The translations under genes and the position numbers were made by a program. Of a stretch of DNA of 64,000 nucleotides, positions 35,604-44,994 are shown piece after piece. How positions within the stretch are numbered: position 1 is the stretch's first letter; each line of letters starts with the position of its first letter. Source of the DNA: Clostridium sp. CAG:288. Lineage in GTDB: Bacteria; Bacillota_I; Bacilli_A; RFN20; CAG-288. The stretch is taken from contig FR898192.1 of NCBI GenBank assembly GCA_000437395.1, positions 54,029 through 118,028 of the forward strand, read 5' to 3'. The notes under the pieces are model-generated. The model was not told where the DNA came from and searched no databases. It was given only the letters and a program-made list of their open reading frames with translations.

Positions 35604-36575
35604 TTATTTTATGTCGTATGTATAAACGTTTTTACTTGGATAAATGTTTCCTAACTTATATTTTTTGGAGGCGGATTCAAAGTTAATATAAATCTTTCCA
35701 TTGTGATAGTCTAAATCTTCTGTCATTGGCATAACAGCGATATCTTGTAATAGATTACCTTTGTCTAAGTAATAGTGATTATCTTTTGGTGATTGAGTTT
35801 CAAATACGTTGTCGTAAATTAATAATTGTGAATTTACTATAGCGTAAGAAATTGATAAAGCTATTTTTCCACTATCAGTAATACAAAATCCTTGAACTTT
35901 TTTAGGAATAGATATTTTAACGCTACTAGTTTCGGAGATGCCGTTTGTTTTAGTGCTATCGTAATCAAAACCTTCAACTATAGCTTTAAACTCTTCACCA
36001 TTATATGTGTAATGATTAGATTCTGCTGTTTCATATTTTCCTTTCATATAGAATTCACCGACCCAAAGCTTATCTTGACCGGCAAAAACGAATGATGCTT
36101 CATTATTAACTTTTAATCTGGAATCTATAGTTACTACAGATTCATTTTCAGCATTAATTAATCTTTCTTTATTAATTGTTAATATTTCTTGATCATTGCT
36201 TAAATAAACATAATTATCTTTAACTGCAATACCACCTATATGTCCTTTAAATATAGAGCTATCTTCATTAGCTAGATTAATAAGTTTTGAAGATTGATTG
36301 TTATAGTCGTAAATATATATTCTCGAAGCTTCTTTTGTAGTCATATATCCACTAAAGAAATACATATTTGTATCTTTGTCGTAATCTAGGCCTTGTGGGC
36401 AATAGTTAGCATCTAAGCCTTGTATTTTTACATCAGTCTTTTTGCCATTTTTGTAAAAATCATCGTACATTGCTCCTCTAAATAATACTAACAAAATTAA
36501 TGTGATAACTATTAGAGTGATAAGTGATGTGAAAAAAATTCCAATACCTTTAAAAATGTTTTTTACTATCTTCAT
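35604..36575 (-). CDS. membrane-anchored hypothetical protein (probably extracytoplasmic beta-rich domain)
   Basis: 323 aa with one N-terminal TM segment (GIGIFFTSLITLIVITLILLVLF). The rest is rich in Y/N/G/D beta-strand-like repeats. Its start overlaps the stop of the upstream 90-aa gene (TAATG). Confidence 0.65.
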   Translation of the reverse strand: MKIVKNIFKGIGIFFTSLITLIVITLILLVLFRGAMYDDFYKNGKKTDVKIQGLDANYCPQGLDYDKDTNMYFFSGYMTTKEASRIYIYDYNNQSSKLINLANEDSSIFKGHIGGIAVKDNYVYLSNDQEILTINKERLINAENESVVTIDSRLKVNNEASFVFAGQDKLWVGEFYMKGKYETAESNHYTYNGEEFKAIVEGFDYDSTKTNGISETSSVKISIPKKVQGFCITDSGKIALSISYAIVNSQLLIYDNVFETQSPKDNHYYLDKGNLLQDIAVMPMTEDLDYHNGKIYINFESASKKYKLGNIYPSKNVYTYDIK

Positions 36576-36847
36576 TATTTGTTCCTCCAGGAGTAGTATT
36601 CAATGTCTCTTTGAACATCGACAAATTCCTCATCGTTTTTGATTAAGACAAATTCTGAATTCTCAAAAATACTTTTGAAATCGTTTAATGATAAAGCAAG
36701 TCCAAGATTATTATTCTTCATAATTACTTTTTCACCTTTTTTGATAAATATAGTTTTTTTATTTTGAATAATACTAGATAGAATTAACCCTCGATCTAGT
36801 TTTTCTAGCGCTTCTTCAAAAGTGAGAATCTTATCAAAGTCTTCCAT
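36575..36847 (-). CDS. small hypothetical protein
   Basis: 90 aa ORF with AAGGAGTAAGTAATG at the start, translationally coupled to the downstream membrane protein. Confidence 0.55.
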   Translation of the reverse strand: MEDFDKILTFEEALEKLDRGLILSSIIQNKKTIFIKKGEKVIMKNNNLGLALSLNDFKSIFENSEFVLIKNDEEFVDVQRDIEYYSWRNK

Positions 36848-36914
36848 TACTTACTCCTTAATATGTATTATAATTATACAACAAGTTTATTTTATAAATA
36901 AATAGGAGATAAAT

Positions 36915-37430
36915 ATGCTTGAGTTAATTAAACCATCAATCAAACTTAAAGATCAAATAGAAAAATATAAAATAGATTTTTTAAATTCTAATGAAATATG
37001 CGCTGGCTCATCTGAACTTATGTCAATAGATACAGTTTCTGCTTGGTTAAAATATCTTAAAACATTAGAATCAAAGGACACATGTCCAGAAGGCTTAGTT
37101 CCATGTGTTCAATATTGCTTATTAGATACTTCGACAAACGAATTAATTGGTTTAGCTAATATTAGATTGGAATTAAACGATTATTTATATAAATATGGTG
37201 GTAATATTGGCTATAGTATTTCCCCAAGTAAAAGAAAACAAGGATATGGTACTATTCAGTTAAAGTTAGTTTTAAATGAATGTAAGAATTTAAATATTAA
37301 TCAAGTATTGATAACTTGCATAGAAGAAAATATTGCTAGTAGAAAAGTAATAGAAAAGTGTGGAGGAGTATTTCAAAACGCTGTCGAAAATAATGGTAAA
37401 TTAATTCGAAGATATATGATTAAAATTTAA
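36915..37430 (+). CDS. GNAT-family N-acetyltransferase
   Basis: Acetyl-CoA motif A is present as RKQGYGT, within a typical beta-alpha GNAT core. 171 aa. Confidence 0.75.
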   Translation: MLELIKPSIKLKDQIEKYKIDFLNSNEICAGSSELMSIDTVSAWLKYLKTLESKDTCPEGLVPCVQYCLLDTSTNELIGLANIRLELNDYLYKYGGNIGYSISPSKRKQGYGTIQLKLVLNECKNLNINQVLITCIEENIASRKVIEKCGGVFQNAVENNGKLIRRYMIKI

Positions 37431-38170
37431 TAATAAGTATCAATATATTTTAAAATAGATTTAGCCATTTGATTTGCAATTAGAGCTTTATTTTCAATAA
37501 TAAATTTAGCTTCTTTTAAATTATCGTGAAATGCAAATTCAATTAAGGCGACATGATCAGCTTTTACATTTTTAATTTCGTATAAATGTGTACCATCTTT
37601 AACGCCACGGCGTTTAAAATTTCCAAGTTCCAAAAAACTTTCATACATTGTTGTGGCAAAAGTTTTATTTGAACCTTTAGTATATATTTCTGTTCCTTGT
37701 CCACCACCTGCATTTGAATGTAATGCAAAGTGGATGTGTCTCTTTCTTGAATTGCTTTGATTAACAGATTGAGATAAAGAAAGTCCATTTTTGGCAATAT
37801 TAGCTTCAATATCAATATAACTTACCAACTTTAATTCTTTATACATTAATTCTGCTATATCTCTCATATTTTCAGCTTCAGAACCAAGATTGTTTATGTA
37901 CATATTTTTTGTTTGAACTGATGGATTTAAATATATAGATATTTTTTCTCTTGATGTAGGTTTTGAAGTTGAACTGCTACTACTAATAATTTGTGGTGAA
38001 GAAATTGATGTGTTAAATTCTATTGATGATTCAAGTGTAGATGTAGTATATATTAAGTCAGATGATGAACTGATATTTATATCGCTTGATGAATTATTTT
38101 TAGACACACAAGATGCGTTAAATAGAAGCAATCCTATTGTTACTATAAACGTTGTCGCTTTAAATTTCAT
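37427..38170 (-). CDS. N-acetylmuramoyl-L-alanine amidase (Amidase_3 type) lipoprotein
   Basis: Lipobox LLFNASC, an S-rich linker, and a catalytic domain with ALHSNAGGGQGTEIY and EFAFHDN. A CwlD-like role is possible but unproven. Confidence 0.75.
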   Translation of the reverse strand: MKFKATTFIVTIGLLLFNASCVSKNNSSSDINISSSSDLIYTTSTLESSIEFNTSISSPQIISSSSSTSKPTSREKISIYLNPSVQTKNMYINNLGSEAENMRDIAELMYKELKLVSYIDIEANIAKNGLSLSQSVNQSNSRKRHIHFALHSNAGGGQGTEIYTKGSNKTFATTMYESFLELGNFKRRGVKDGTHLYEIKNVKADHVALIEFAFHDNLKEAKFIIENKALIANQMAKSILKYIDTYY

Positions 38171-38253
38171 TAGTTATTCACGTCCTTTCTTTGTTGGATT
38201 GTAACAAAAAAAGGTTGGATAACCAACCTGTTTATACAAAAATGTGCTATCGC

Positions 38254-38817
38254 CTAGATATTTAATAATTTCATTAATTTTGCAAAGGCATTTGCTCGGT
38301 GTGATATTTTGTTTTTATCTTTTTCAGGCATTTCTCCAAAAGTTTTGTTATAGCCATCAGGCATAAAAATAGGATCGTATCCAAATCCGTTTGTTCCGTG
38401 TGGTTCGACTATTTTTCCTTTCACTTCTCCTTCACAAATTATTGGTTCTTTTTTATAGTTAAGTAGAACTATCGAGCAGTGAAATTTTGCTTCTGAATTT
38501 AGACATTTATCAGAAATTTGATTTAACGAATCTATTGTTTCTAAGTAACGATGAGAATATATTCCTGGGAATTGCTCTCCTAAAGCTTTAATTTCTATAC
38601 CAGCGTCATCAGCCAAAACAATCATATTTGTTTGGCTTGCAATAGCATTAGCTTTTATCATTGAATTTTCTGCATAAGTCTTTCCATCTTCAATAGGATC
38701 AGAATATATATTTAACTCTTTTGGAAGGATAAATTTAATGTCTGCTGAGTATTCCTTGGCTAAATCGATATATTCTTGTCTTTTACCAGGATTATTTGTT
38801 GCTAATAATATTTCCAT
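38254..38817 (-). CDS. rdgB: dITP/XTP pyrophosphatase (RdgB/HAM1 family)
   Basis: MEILLATNNPGK at the N-terminus, plus GFGYDPIF and SHR motifs. Confidence 0.88.
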   Translation of the reverse strand: MEILLATNNPGKRQEYIDLAKEYSADIKFILPKELNIYSDPIEDGKTYAENSMIKANAIASQTNMIVLADDAGIEIKALGEQFPGIYSHRYLETIDSLNQISDKCLNSEAKFHCSIVLLNYKKEPIICEGEVKGKIVEPHGTNGFGYDPIFMPDGYNKTFGEMPEKDKNKISHRANAFAKLMKLLNI

Positions 38818-38981
38818 AGTGTCTCTCTTTCATCAATAAATAGTGTAACATATATGCGTGATAATTCATATGATAATCAATAAGTAAAACTTATATTAAT
38901 ATATGGTTCAATAAGGGGCTAAAATCTTGATTTATAATAACTGTTTTGTTAAAATACAACATGTTAAGGAGGTAAATCCCC

Positions 38982-39179
38982 ATGGCAAAATGTAACGTAA
39001 ATAAAGATTTATGCATCTCCTGCGGTATGTGTACAGCTATTGCTGCTAGCGCATTCGCTTTCGGTGATGATGGAAAAGCTGAATGCATCTTAGATGATGC
39101 TGAAGTTACTGCCGATGTTGAAGATTCTGTTCAAGAAGCTGCTACTTCTTGCCCAGTTCAAGCCATCGAAGTCGCTTAA
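38982..39179 (+). CDS. 4Fe-4S ferredoxin
   Basis: 65 aa with CISCGMC...C and a distal SCP motif. Acidic. Confidence 0.85.
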   Translation: MAKCNVNKDLCISCGMCTAIAASAFAFGDDGKAECILDDAEVTADVEDSVQEAATSCPVQAIEVA

Positions 39180-39206
39180 TAACTTTTAATAAGTTAGATC
39201 TTAATT

Positions 39207-39234
39207 GCTCCCAAATAATTAAGGGGGCTTTTTT
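39207..39234 (+). terminator. intrinsic terminator after the ferredoxin gene
   Basis: GCTCCC-N10-GGGGGC followed by T6. Confidence 0.75.
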
Positions 39235-39304
39235 ATTTATAATAAAAAACTTATAGAAACCTTTAATAGTCTCTATAAGTTCTTTTAGTTATGAAAAGGG
39301 AGAA

Positions 39305-40060
39305 TTAGCTATTTGATTGAGTTTTATTTGATTCTTCTGAATTTATAACGACATTATTATCTATTGATTCAGAATCTGTATTTGTCTTTTCTTTTTTCTT
39401 TAATGTAACAATACTTCCAGAGAAATACTCTTTAAATCTCTTATCTGTTTTTAATAGATGGAAGATGACTCTATTAAATATAATTTCATAAAATGCGCAA
39501 ACAATTAATCCTTTTAAGAAATTAAATGGCAAATATATATAAGCAATTACGACTGCATAACCACCTTTTACGTTAATTCCAACACTTGTAAAATCATAGT
39601 TCCAAGCATCGATGAATGTCGCAGGTTTGCCTAAGATAAATGTTGGAGTAAAGAACAAGAAGTTCATTATTGTTAAAGCTACTGCAACAATTGAACAAGT
39701 AATTGCATAACTTGCAATTCTTCCTTTAATTCCTTTTTTGAATAAATGGAAAACTTTACTTGTTAAGAATATTCCTAAGCAATACATAAGTGAAGTAAAC
39801 AAGGCTGTAAGTTGACCTACAGCGATAGCTCCATTAGGCCCAAAAACAAGTATGTTAATTATAGTTTTTAATATTGCTATTGTTATAGCACCTTGAAACC
39901 CATATAAGGCATACCCAATTAAAATAACTGTATCGCTTGGCTCAAGTTCAAGCCATGGTGCTAATGGATACGGCATATATTTGCCTAATAACATCAATAC
40001 AATACCAAGAGCGCTTAGTACTGCTAAATTAGCAATTTTAACTACTGATTTATTTCTCAT
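39305..40060 (-). CDS. ribU: ECF-transporter S component, probable riboflavin transporter RibU
   Basis: Six-TM S-component-like protein directly downstream of an FMN riboswitch. The start is ATG 40060 (MRNKSVV), because the riboswitch terminator covers the upstream in-frame Mets of the 39305..40111 ORF. Confidence 0.75.
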   Translation of the reverse strand: MRNKSVVKIANLAVLSALGIVLMLLGKYMPYPLAPWLELEPSDTVILIGYALYGFQGAITIAILKTIINILVFGPNGAIAVGQLTALFTSLMYCLGIFLTSKVFHLFKKGIKGRIASYAITCSIVAVALTIMNFLFFTPTFILGKPATFIDAWNYDFTSVGINVKGGYAVVIAYIYLPFNFLKGLIVCAFYEIIFNRVIFHLLKTDKRFKEYFSGSIVTLKKKEKTNTDSESIDNNVVINSEESNKTQSNS

Positions 40061-40075
40061 AATAACTCTTTCCAT

Positions 40076-40242
40076 GAAAAAAGTTCCTAAAGATATATTC
40101 TTCAGGGACACAATTAAAAACGCAAAATTAGGTTCACTTCTTTCATCCAGCCTTTACTGTCGCCTTAGGAATTGCACCTAATCATGCTCAACTAGAGCTC
40201 GCGGGGTATACCGCCGAGTGGGAATTTCACCCAACCCTGAAG
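40076..40242 (-). promoter_or_regulatory. FMN riboswitch (RFN element) with terminator expression platform
   Basis: Minus strand reads CTTCAGGGTTGGGTGAAATTCCCACTCGGCGGTATACCCCGCGAGC...GATTAGGTGCAATTCCTAAGGCGACAGTAAAGGCTGGATGAAAGAAG, which matches the RFN core (aptamer 40137-40242). It is followed by hairpin GUCCCUGAAG/CUUUAGGAAC plus U6 (40077-40109). Confidence 0.9.
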
Positions 40243-40282
40243 TATAAATATTTTTACACAATACTTATGCTTTGTCAATAGG

Positions 40283-41047
40283 TTATTTTTTTGTTACTGT
40301 ATGTTTATTATTAACCTTATTTTTTAAACATTGATTTTTAATTTTGGTAATTTCTGATAAAGGAATTTCTCTATATTCACCACGTCTCATACCTTCAATT
40401 CCAATATGACCGACAAGTTTTCTTTCAAGATCAATTACAGGATGTCCGACATATTGAAGCATTCTTCTTACTTCACGTTTTTTACCTTCGTGAATAATTA
40501 ATTCAACAATAGATGTATCATCATCAAAGACCATAACTTCTTTAATTTTGGCTGGTGCAGTCAATCCATCTTCTAATTCGACACCTTGTTCAAGCATCTT
40601 CTTTTGTGCTTCTGTTAATCTACCTTCTATTTTAGCTCTGTAGGTTTTATCTAAGGAACTTGATGGGTGCATGACTAAATTAGCAAATTCACCATCGTTT
40701 GTTAGTAAGATTGCTCCATGGGTATTAATATCTAGTCTTCCAACTGGAAATAGACGACCATATTTTGGTGGCATTAAGTCTAAAACAGTTTTTCTACCTC
40801 TATCATCAGCTGCAGTAGTGATTACTCCAGTAGGTTTATTTAATACAATATATGTATACGTATCTTGGTGTTTTGATACTTCTTTTCCATCGATAGTAAT
40901 TTTTACATCTATTGGAAATTTCATTCCAAGTTGATCGACGGTTTTTCCATTAACATTAACTCTTCCATCAGATATATATTCTTCAGCTTTTCTACGACTG
41001 CAAAAACCTCTATCAGCAATTATTTTTTGTAATCTTTGTTCTTCCAT
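40283..41047 (-). CDS. rluB: rRNA pseudouridine synthase (RluB/RsuA family)
   Basis: N-terminal S4 domain (RLQKIIADRGFCSRRKAE) and catalytic PVGRLDINTHG. Confidence 0.88.
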   Translation of the reverse strand: MEEQRLQKIIADRGFCSRRKAEEYISDGRVNVNGKTVDQLGMKFPIDVKITIDGKEVSKHQDTYTYIVLNKPTGVITTAADDRGRKTVLDLMPPKYGRLFPVGRLDINTHGAILLTNDGEFANLVMHPSSSLDKTYRAKIEGRLTEAQKKMLEQGVELEDGLTAPAKIKEVMVFDDDTSIVELIIHEGKKREVRRMLQYVGHPVIDLERKLVGHIGIEGMRRGEYREIPLSEITKIKNQCLKNKVNNKHTVTKK

Positions 41048-41091
41048 ATTTTGATTTCCTTTTCTTAGCTATTATACTTTAGAAAAGAAAC

Positions 41092-41613
41092 TTAGTGAAG
41101 AAAAATTAAAGATAAAATTATTCCCATTCCCATCCCAGCTACATCTGCAATTAAACCTACTTTTAAAGCATGTTTCCATTTAGTTATTTGAACTGTAGAA
41201 AAATAAAGAGACAATACATATAAAGTTGTATCGGTTGAGCCTTGAATTGTCGAGGCAATTTTGCAAGATTGTGAGTCAGCATTAACACTACAAACGTTAT
41301 TTAAAACTGCTAGTGAAGCACTGCCTGAAATAGGTCTAAAAAATAACATAGGTGTTATATCAGCTATTATTGAAGCTTTTTTTAAGAAAGCAGATAAAAA
41401 GAAAGCTATGTCATCAATCAACCCTGAAGCTTCTAACATTGAAATTGCTAAAAGCATTGCCATTACTGATGGAAAAACTTCAACGAATAAACTTAATCCG
41501 TCTTTGCATCCTCTCGTAAACGAATTATATGGTTTTTTCTTCTTTATTAAGGATAGAAATAACGCTATTACTACTACTCCAGCAATTAGCCACAAAGATA
41601 ATTTAGATATCAT
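41092..41613 (-). CDS. spmB: spore maturation protein B
   Basis: 173 aa nucleoside-recognition (Gate) type membrane protein. It is the last gene of a dacB-spmA-spmB arrangement and overlaps spmA by 4 nt. Confidence 0.75.
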   Translation of the reverse strand: MISKLSLWLIAGVVVIALFLSLIKKKKPYNSFTRGCKDGLSLFVEVFPSVMAMLLAISMLEASGLIDDIAFFLSAFLKKASIIADITPMLFFRPISGSASLAVLNNVCSVNADSQSCKIASTIQGSTDTTLYVLSLYFSTVQITKWKHALKVGLIADVAGMGMGIILSLIFLH

Positions 41614-42200
41614 TTTTTATTTTTCCTTAGCCTTTTATTTCGATAGTAAACATCAAAAAGTAATCCAACTATGCATGCAAATAATGTTGATATAATTCCA
41701 CAGATAACAAAGTCGGCAGGATTTATCGCACCATATTGTTGCCTAATTGCAATTACGGATGTAGGAATTATTGTTACTCCAGCTGTGTTTAAAACTAAAA
41801 AAGTAACCATCGCATCACTTGCTACTCCTTCTTCTTCATCACTCAATAATTTGAGTCTTTTCATTGCTTTTAAACCACTAGGAGTTGCGGCAAAGCCTAA
41901 GCCTAACATATTTGCTGCTATGTTAGTCGATATTAATTCACGTGCTTCTTTATCTTTCATTTGAGGCATAATTAAATCTAATAAAGGTGTTAATAGTTTG
42001 CTTATAAACTGAATTGCTCCGCAGTCAGCTAATATATACATTATTCCGTTCCAAAACACTGCAGAAAAAACTAATGTACAAACAAGCTCTAAACCCTTTT
42101 GTGGCAATGATAAAATTATAGTTGCCATTGTATCGAATCTTTTTGTAATTATTCCGTATAAAAAAGAAATTAACAAAATACCTAACCATATTTTATTCAT
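41610..42200 (-). CDS. spmA: spore maturation protein A
   Basis: 196 aa Gate-domain membrane protein (MNKIWLGILLISF...). It lies between dacB and spmB, as in B. subtilis. Confidence 0.75.
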   Translation of the reverse strand: MNKIWLGILLISFLYGIITKRFDTMATIILSLPQKGLELVCTLVFSAVFWNGIMYILADCGAIQFISKLLTPLLDLIMPQMKDKEARELISTNIAANMLGLGFAATPSGLKAMKRLKLLSDEEEGVASDAMVTFLVLNTAGVTIIPTSVIAIRQQYGAINPADFVICGIISTLFACIVGLLFDVYYRNKRLRKNKK

Positions 42201-43191
42201 ATAAGTTTACCTTTATACGTTCTCCATCATCTGTAATATATTCCATATATAAAAGTTGACCAGAAGAAGAGAATTTATATAATTTAATTCCATTTTTAAA
42301 TTTTTCTATTGGAACAACAATTCCAATCCTCTTTTTACTTTCAATTTTATAATCGTATATTTGATTTATACCTGGCTTTAAGAATTCTATAAAAGCCAAT
42401 CTAGAAAAGTATTTTTCGTACATATTTTTATGAAATTCGAAGTCGTTTCCGCAATTTAATGTGCACATAGCTATTTTTAGGCCATTTTTAGTCGCTCCTG
42501 ATACAAAAGTTCTCTTGGCTTTATATGTATATCCTGTTTTTCCACCATCTGTGTATTCGTACATTTTTAACAATTTATTTTTGTTTATCCACGTGTTTAT
42601 ATGTTTGCAAGAATAAGACTGAGTTTTTGAAATTTTACTAAACCAAACATTTTCTAGTGCATAAGACATTAAAACAGCCATATCATAAGCAGTAGACAAG
42701 TTACCTATCTCGTCTATATCTAATCCACTTGCATTTGTAAATTTAGTATTTTTCATTCCAATTTCAGAAGCTTTAGAATTCATTTTTTTAACAAATCCAT
42801 CGATGGATCCACCAATATAGGTTGCGATTGTGTAAGCTGCATCATTTCCACTTCTCAACATTAAACCATAACACAAATCTAACAAGGATAACTTTTCATT
42901 TTCTTGAATATAAATGGAACTACCAATTTGCTTTGTTGCTTCATTAGGTGCTACTATAACATCAAATATTCTATTACTTTCTAAAGCGATAATGCATGTC
43001 ATTACTTTTGATATACTTGCAACTGATCTAACTTTATGTATATTTTTCCCTTCTAGTACTTCTAGATTATCTCTATTAATAATGACATAACATTCTGAAA
43101 AATATGTTTTGTTTGAATTATCTATTGTTTTAGTGTTTTTTAAAGTTGCTAAAGATAATAAGGATAAGAATATAATAAAAATTTTTTTCAA
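42193..43191 (-). CDS. dacB: D-alanyl-D-alanine carboxypeptidase (S11, DacB-like, sporulation-type context)
   Basis: SxxK (SISKVMT), SGN (LRSGNDAA) and KTG (GGKTGYT) motifs, plus a signal peptide. Upstream of spmAB. Confidence 0.85.
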   Translation of the reverse strand: MKKIFIIFLSLLSLATLKNTKTIDNSNKTYFSECYVIINRDNLEVLEGKNIHKVRSVASISKVMTCIIALESNRIFDVIVAPNEATKQIGSSIYIQENEKLSLLDLCYGLMLRSGNDAAYTIATYIGGSIDGFVKKMNSKASEIGMKNTKFTNASGLDIDEIGNLSTAYDMAVLMSYALENVWFSKISKTQSYSCKHINTWINKNKLLKMYEYTDGGKTGYTYKAKRTFVSGATKNGLKIAMCTLNCGNDFEFHKNMYEKYFSRLAFIEFLKPGINQIYDYKIESKKRIGIVVPIEKFKNGIKLYKFSSSGQLLYMEYITDDGERIKVNLYE

Positions 43192-43248
43192 AGTTACTCA
43201 CCTCATATAAGTAAATGAAAAAACGTCTTATATTAGAACAATAAGACG

Positions 43249-44067
43249 TTAGTTATTAGCTATAAATTTTTTAATTATTTCTTCAAATTCATCAGCTTTT
43301 TGAGGAGAGTTTAGTTTTATTTGAAAAGTTTGTCCATTTCTTTCATATGTGCTTTGAACGTTTTGGTAGAAAGATGATTTTTTGAATTCACCAGCTATTC
43401 TTTCAGCTTCTCTAACAGAAATGTCTTCGTCTTCAAATTTGTGCATCAATGTTATTTGTTGCTCTTTGGATAATCCTAATAGAACTCTAACTTGGGCATA
43501 TGATAAATGACCTTTTACTACTGAAGACTTTATTTCTTTTGGCAAAGATAATATTCGCATTAAGTTATTTACTTGACCATGACTTTGATTTGTAATTAAA
43601 CAAATATCTTTTTCGGTATAGCCATATTTTGTTATTAGAGTTTTAAATGCAGTGCCTTTTACAAATGCATTATCACCGTTTTGAATTTCATTTTGAAGAA
43701 TGTAAGCAAACAGTTCATCTTTTTCAACGTTTAAAATAATTGTTGGAACTTCTTTGATTTTTAATTTTTTGGCAATAAGGAATCTTTTTACTCCATTTAT
43801 TACATAGCGGTTTGTATTTTCGACAATAGCAAAAATAGGAAATAAAACACCGTTTTTTTCAATCGAGTAACAAAGTGGTGAGTTTGATATATCGTAATTT
43901 GATTCATCAAAAAGAGGGTGAATCTTTAATTCGGTTGTAGGAATTAAAGATGAACTTGAAAAGCGGACGTTTTTCTCAATTTCTTGAACTACTGAAGAAT
44001 CTTTATATTTTTCTAGTAATTCAGCAAGCGTTGGATTATTTTTCTTCTTTTCTTCTGACATATTCAA
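43249..44067 (-). CDS. parB: ParB/Spo0J-family partition protein (divergent arginine patch)
   Basis: ParB N-terminal domain and HTH (GYTEKDICLITNQSHGQVNNLMRIL). The canonical GERRxRA box reads GVKRFLIA. Downstream of parA. Confidence 0.75.
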   Translation of the reverse strand: MNMSEEKKKNNPTLAELLEKYKDSSVVQEIEKNVRFSSSSLIPTTELKIHPLFDESNYDISNSPLCYSIEKNGVLFPIFAIVENTNRYVINGVKRFLIAKKLKIKEVPTIILNVEKDELFAYILQNEIQNGDNAFVKGTAFKTLITKYGYTEKDICLITNQSHGQVNNLMRILSLPKEIKSSVVKGHLSYAQVRVLLGLSKEQQITLMHKFEDEDISVREAERIAGEFKKSSFYQNVQSTYERNGQTFQIKLNSPQKADEFEEIIKKFIANN

Positions 44068-44821
44068 TAACCTCTCTAGCTAAAGATGAATAAGCAATTG
44101 AACCTGCTGCTTTTGGCTTATAAAAATTAACTGGTTTTCCTAATGCTGAACATTCAGCGAGAGAAACATTTCTTGGAATTTGTGTTGCGAAAGTTTTTTC
44201 TTTGAAAGTTCCAGTAACTTCTGAAGTAATCATAGTTGATAACTTTGTTCTATTATCGTACATGGTCAATAAAAAGCCTAATATGTCTAATTGTGGATTA
44301 GTACTCATTCTGACATTGTTGATAGCTGCTAATATTTGAGCTACAGCTTCCATTGCAAAATATTCACATTGAACAGGAATTAAAACTGAATTTGCAGCTG
44401 TTAAAGCATTTAAAGACAAAAATCCAAGTGATGGTGGACAATCTATAATTATGTAATCATAATCGTTATTTATTTTAGTCAAATATTGCTTTAAAGTGTT
44501 AAGTCCAGAGGTGATCCCTAAAGATATTAATTTTCCTTCGGCGGCTGCTAAATCTAGATTAGCAGGCAAAATATCGACATATTTAATAACTGTTTTTATT
44601 ATTACATTTTTTATACTCTTTTCTCCAATGATTACATCGAAGATAGTCTTTTTTAAAATTGTTGGATCGATTCCTATACCTCTGGAGCAATTTCCTTGAG
44701 GGTCAAGATCGACAATCAATACTTTTTTTTGATACTTTGCTAAACAAGAAGAAAGGTTTATAGCAGTTGTTGTTTTACCTACTCCACCTTTTTGATTTGC
44801 TATAGCAATAATTTCACTCAT
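44036..44821 (-). CDS. parA: ParA/Soj chromosome-partitioning ATPase
   Basis: Deviant Walker A NQKGGVGKTTT, and Walker B IIIDCPPS. The start is probably ATG 44821 (MSEIIAIANQ). The ORF track starts at 44836. Confidence 0.9.
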   Translation of the reverse strand: MSEIIAIANQKGGVGKTTTAINLSSCLAKYQKKVLIVDLDPQGNCSRGIGIDPTILKKTIFDVIIGEKSIKNVIIKTVIKYVDILPANLDLAAAEGKLISLGITSGLNTLKQYLTKINNDYDYIIIDCPPSLGFLSLNALTAANSVLIPVQCEYFAMEAVAQILAAINNVRMSTNPQLDILGFLLTMYDNRTKLSTMITSEVTGTFKEKTFATQIPRNVSLAECSALGKPVNFYKPKAAGSIAYSSLAREVIEYVRRKEEK

Positions 44822-44994
44822 TAAAAAAGACCTCACAGTGTGCGAGTTAAAGTATACATTATTTAGGCTATAATCACAAGGTTATATAATGTAAATAAAT
44901 TAAATTATATTGTTATAATATAAAAATTAACGCATATAAAAAAACACGTGTATAAATTTGTTAAGTAATATTTATTTGAACACGTGTTTAGATT

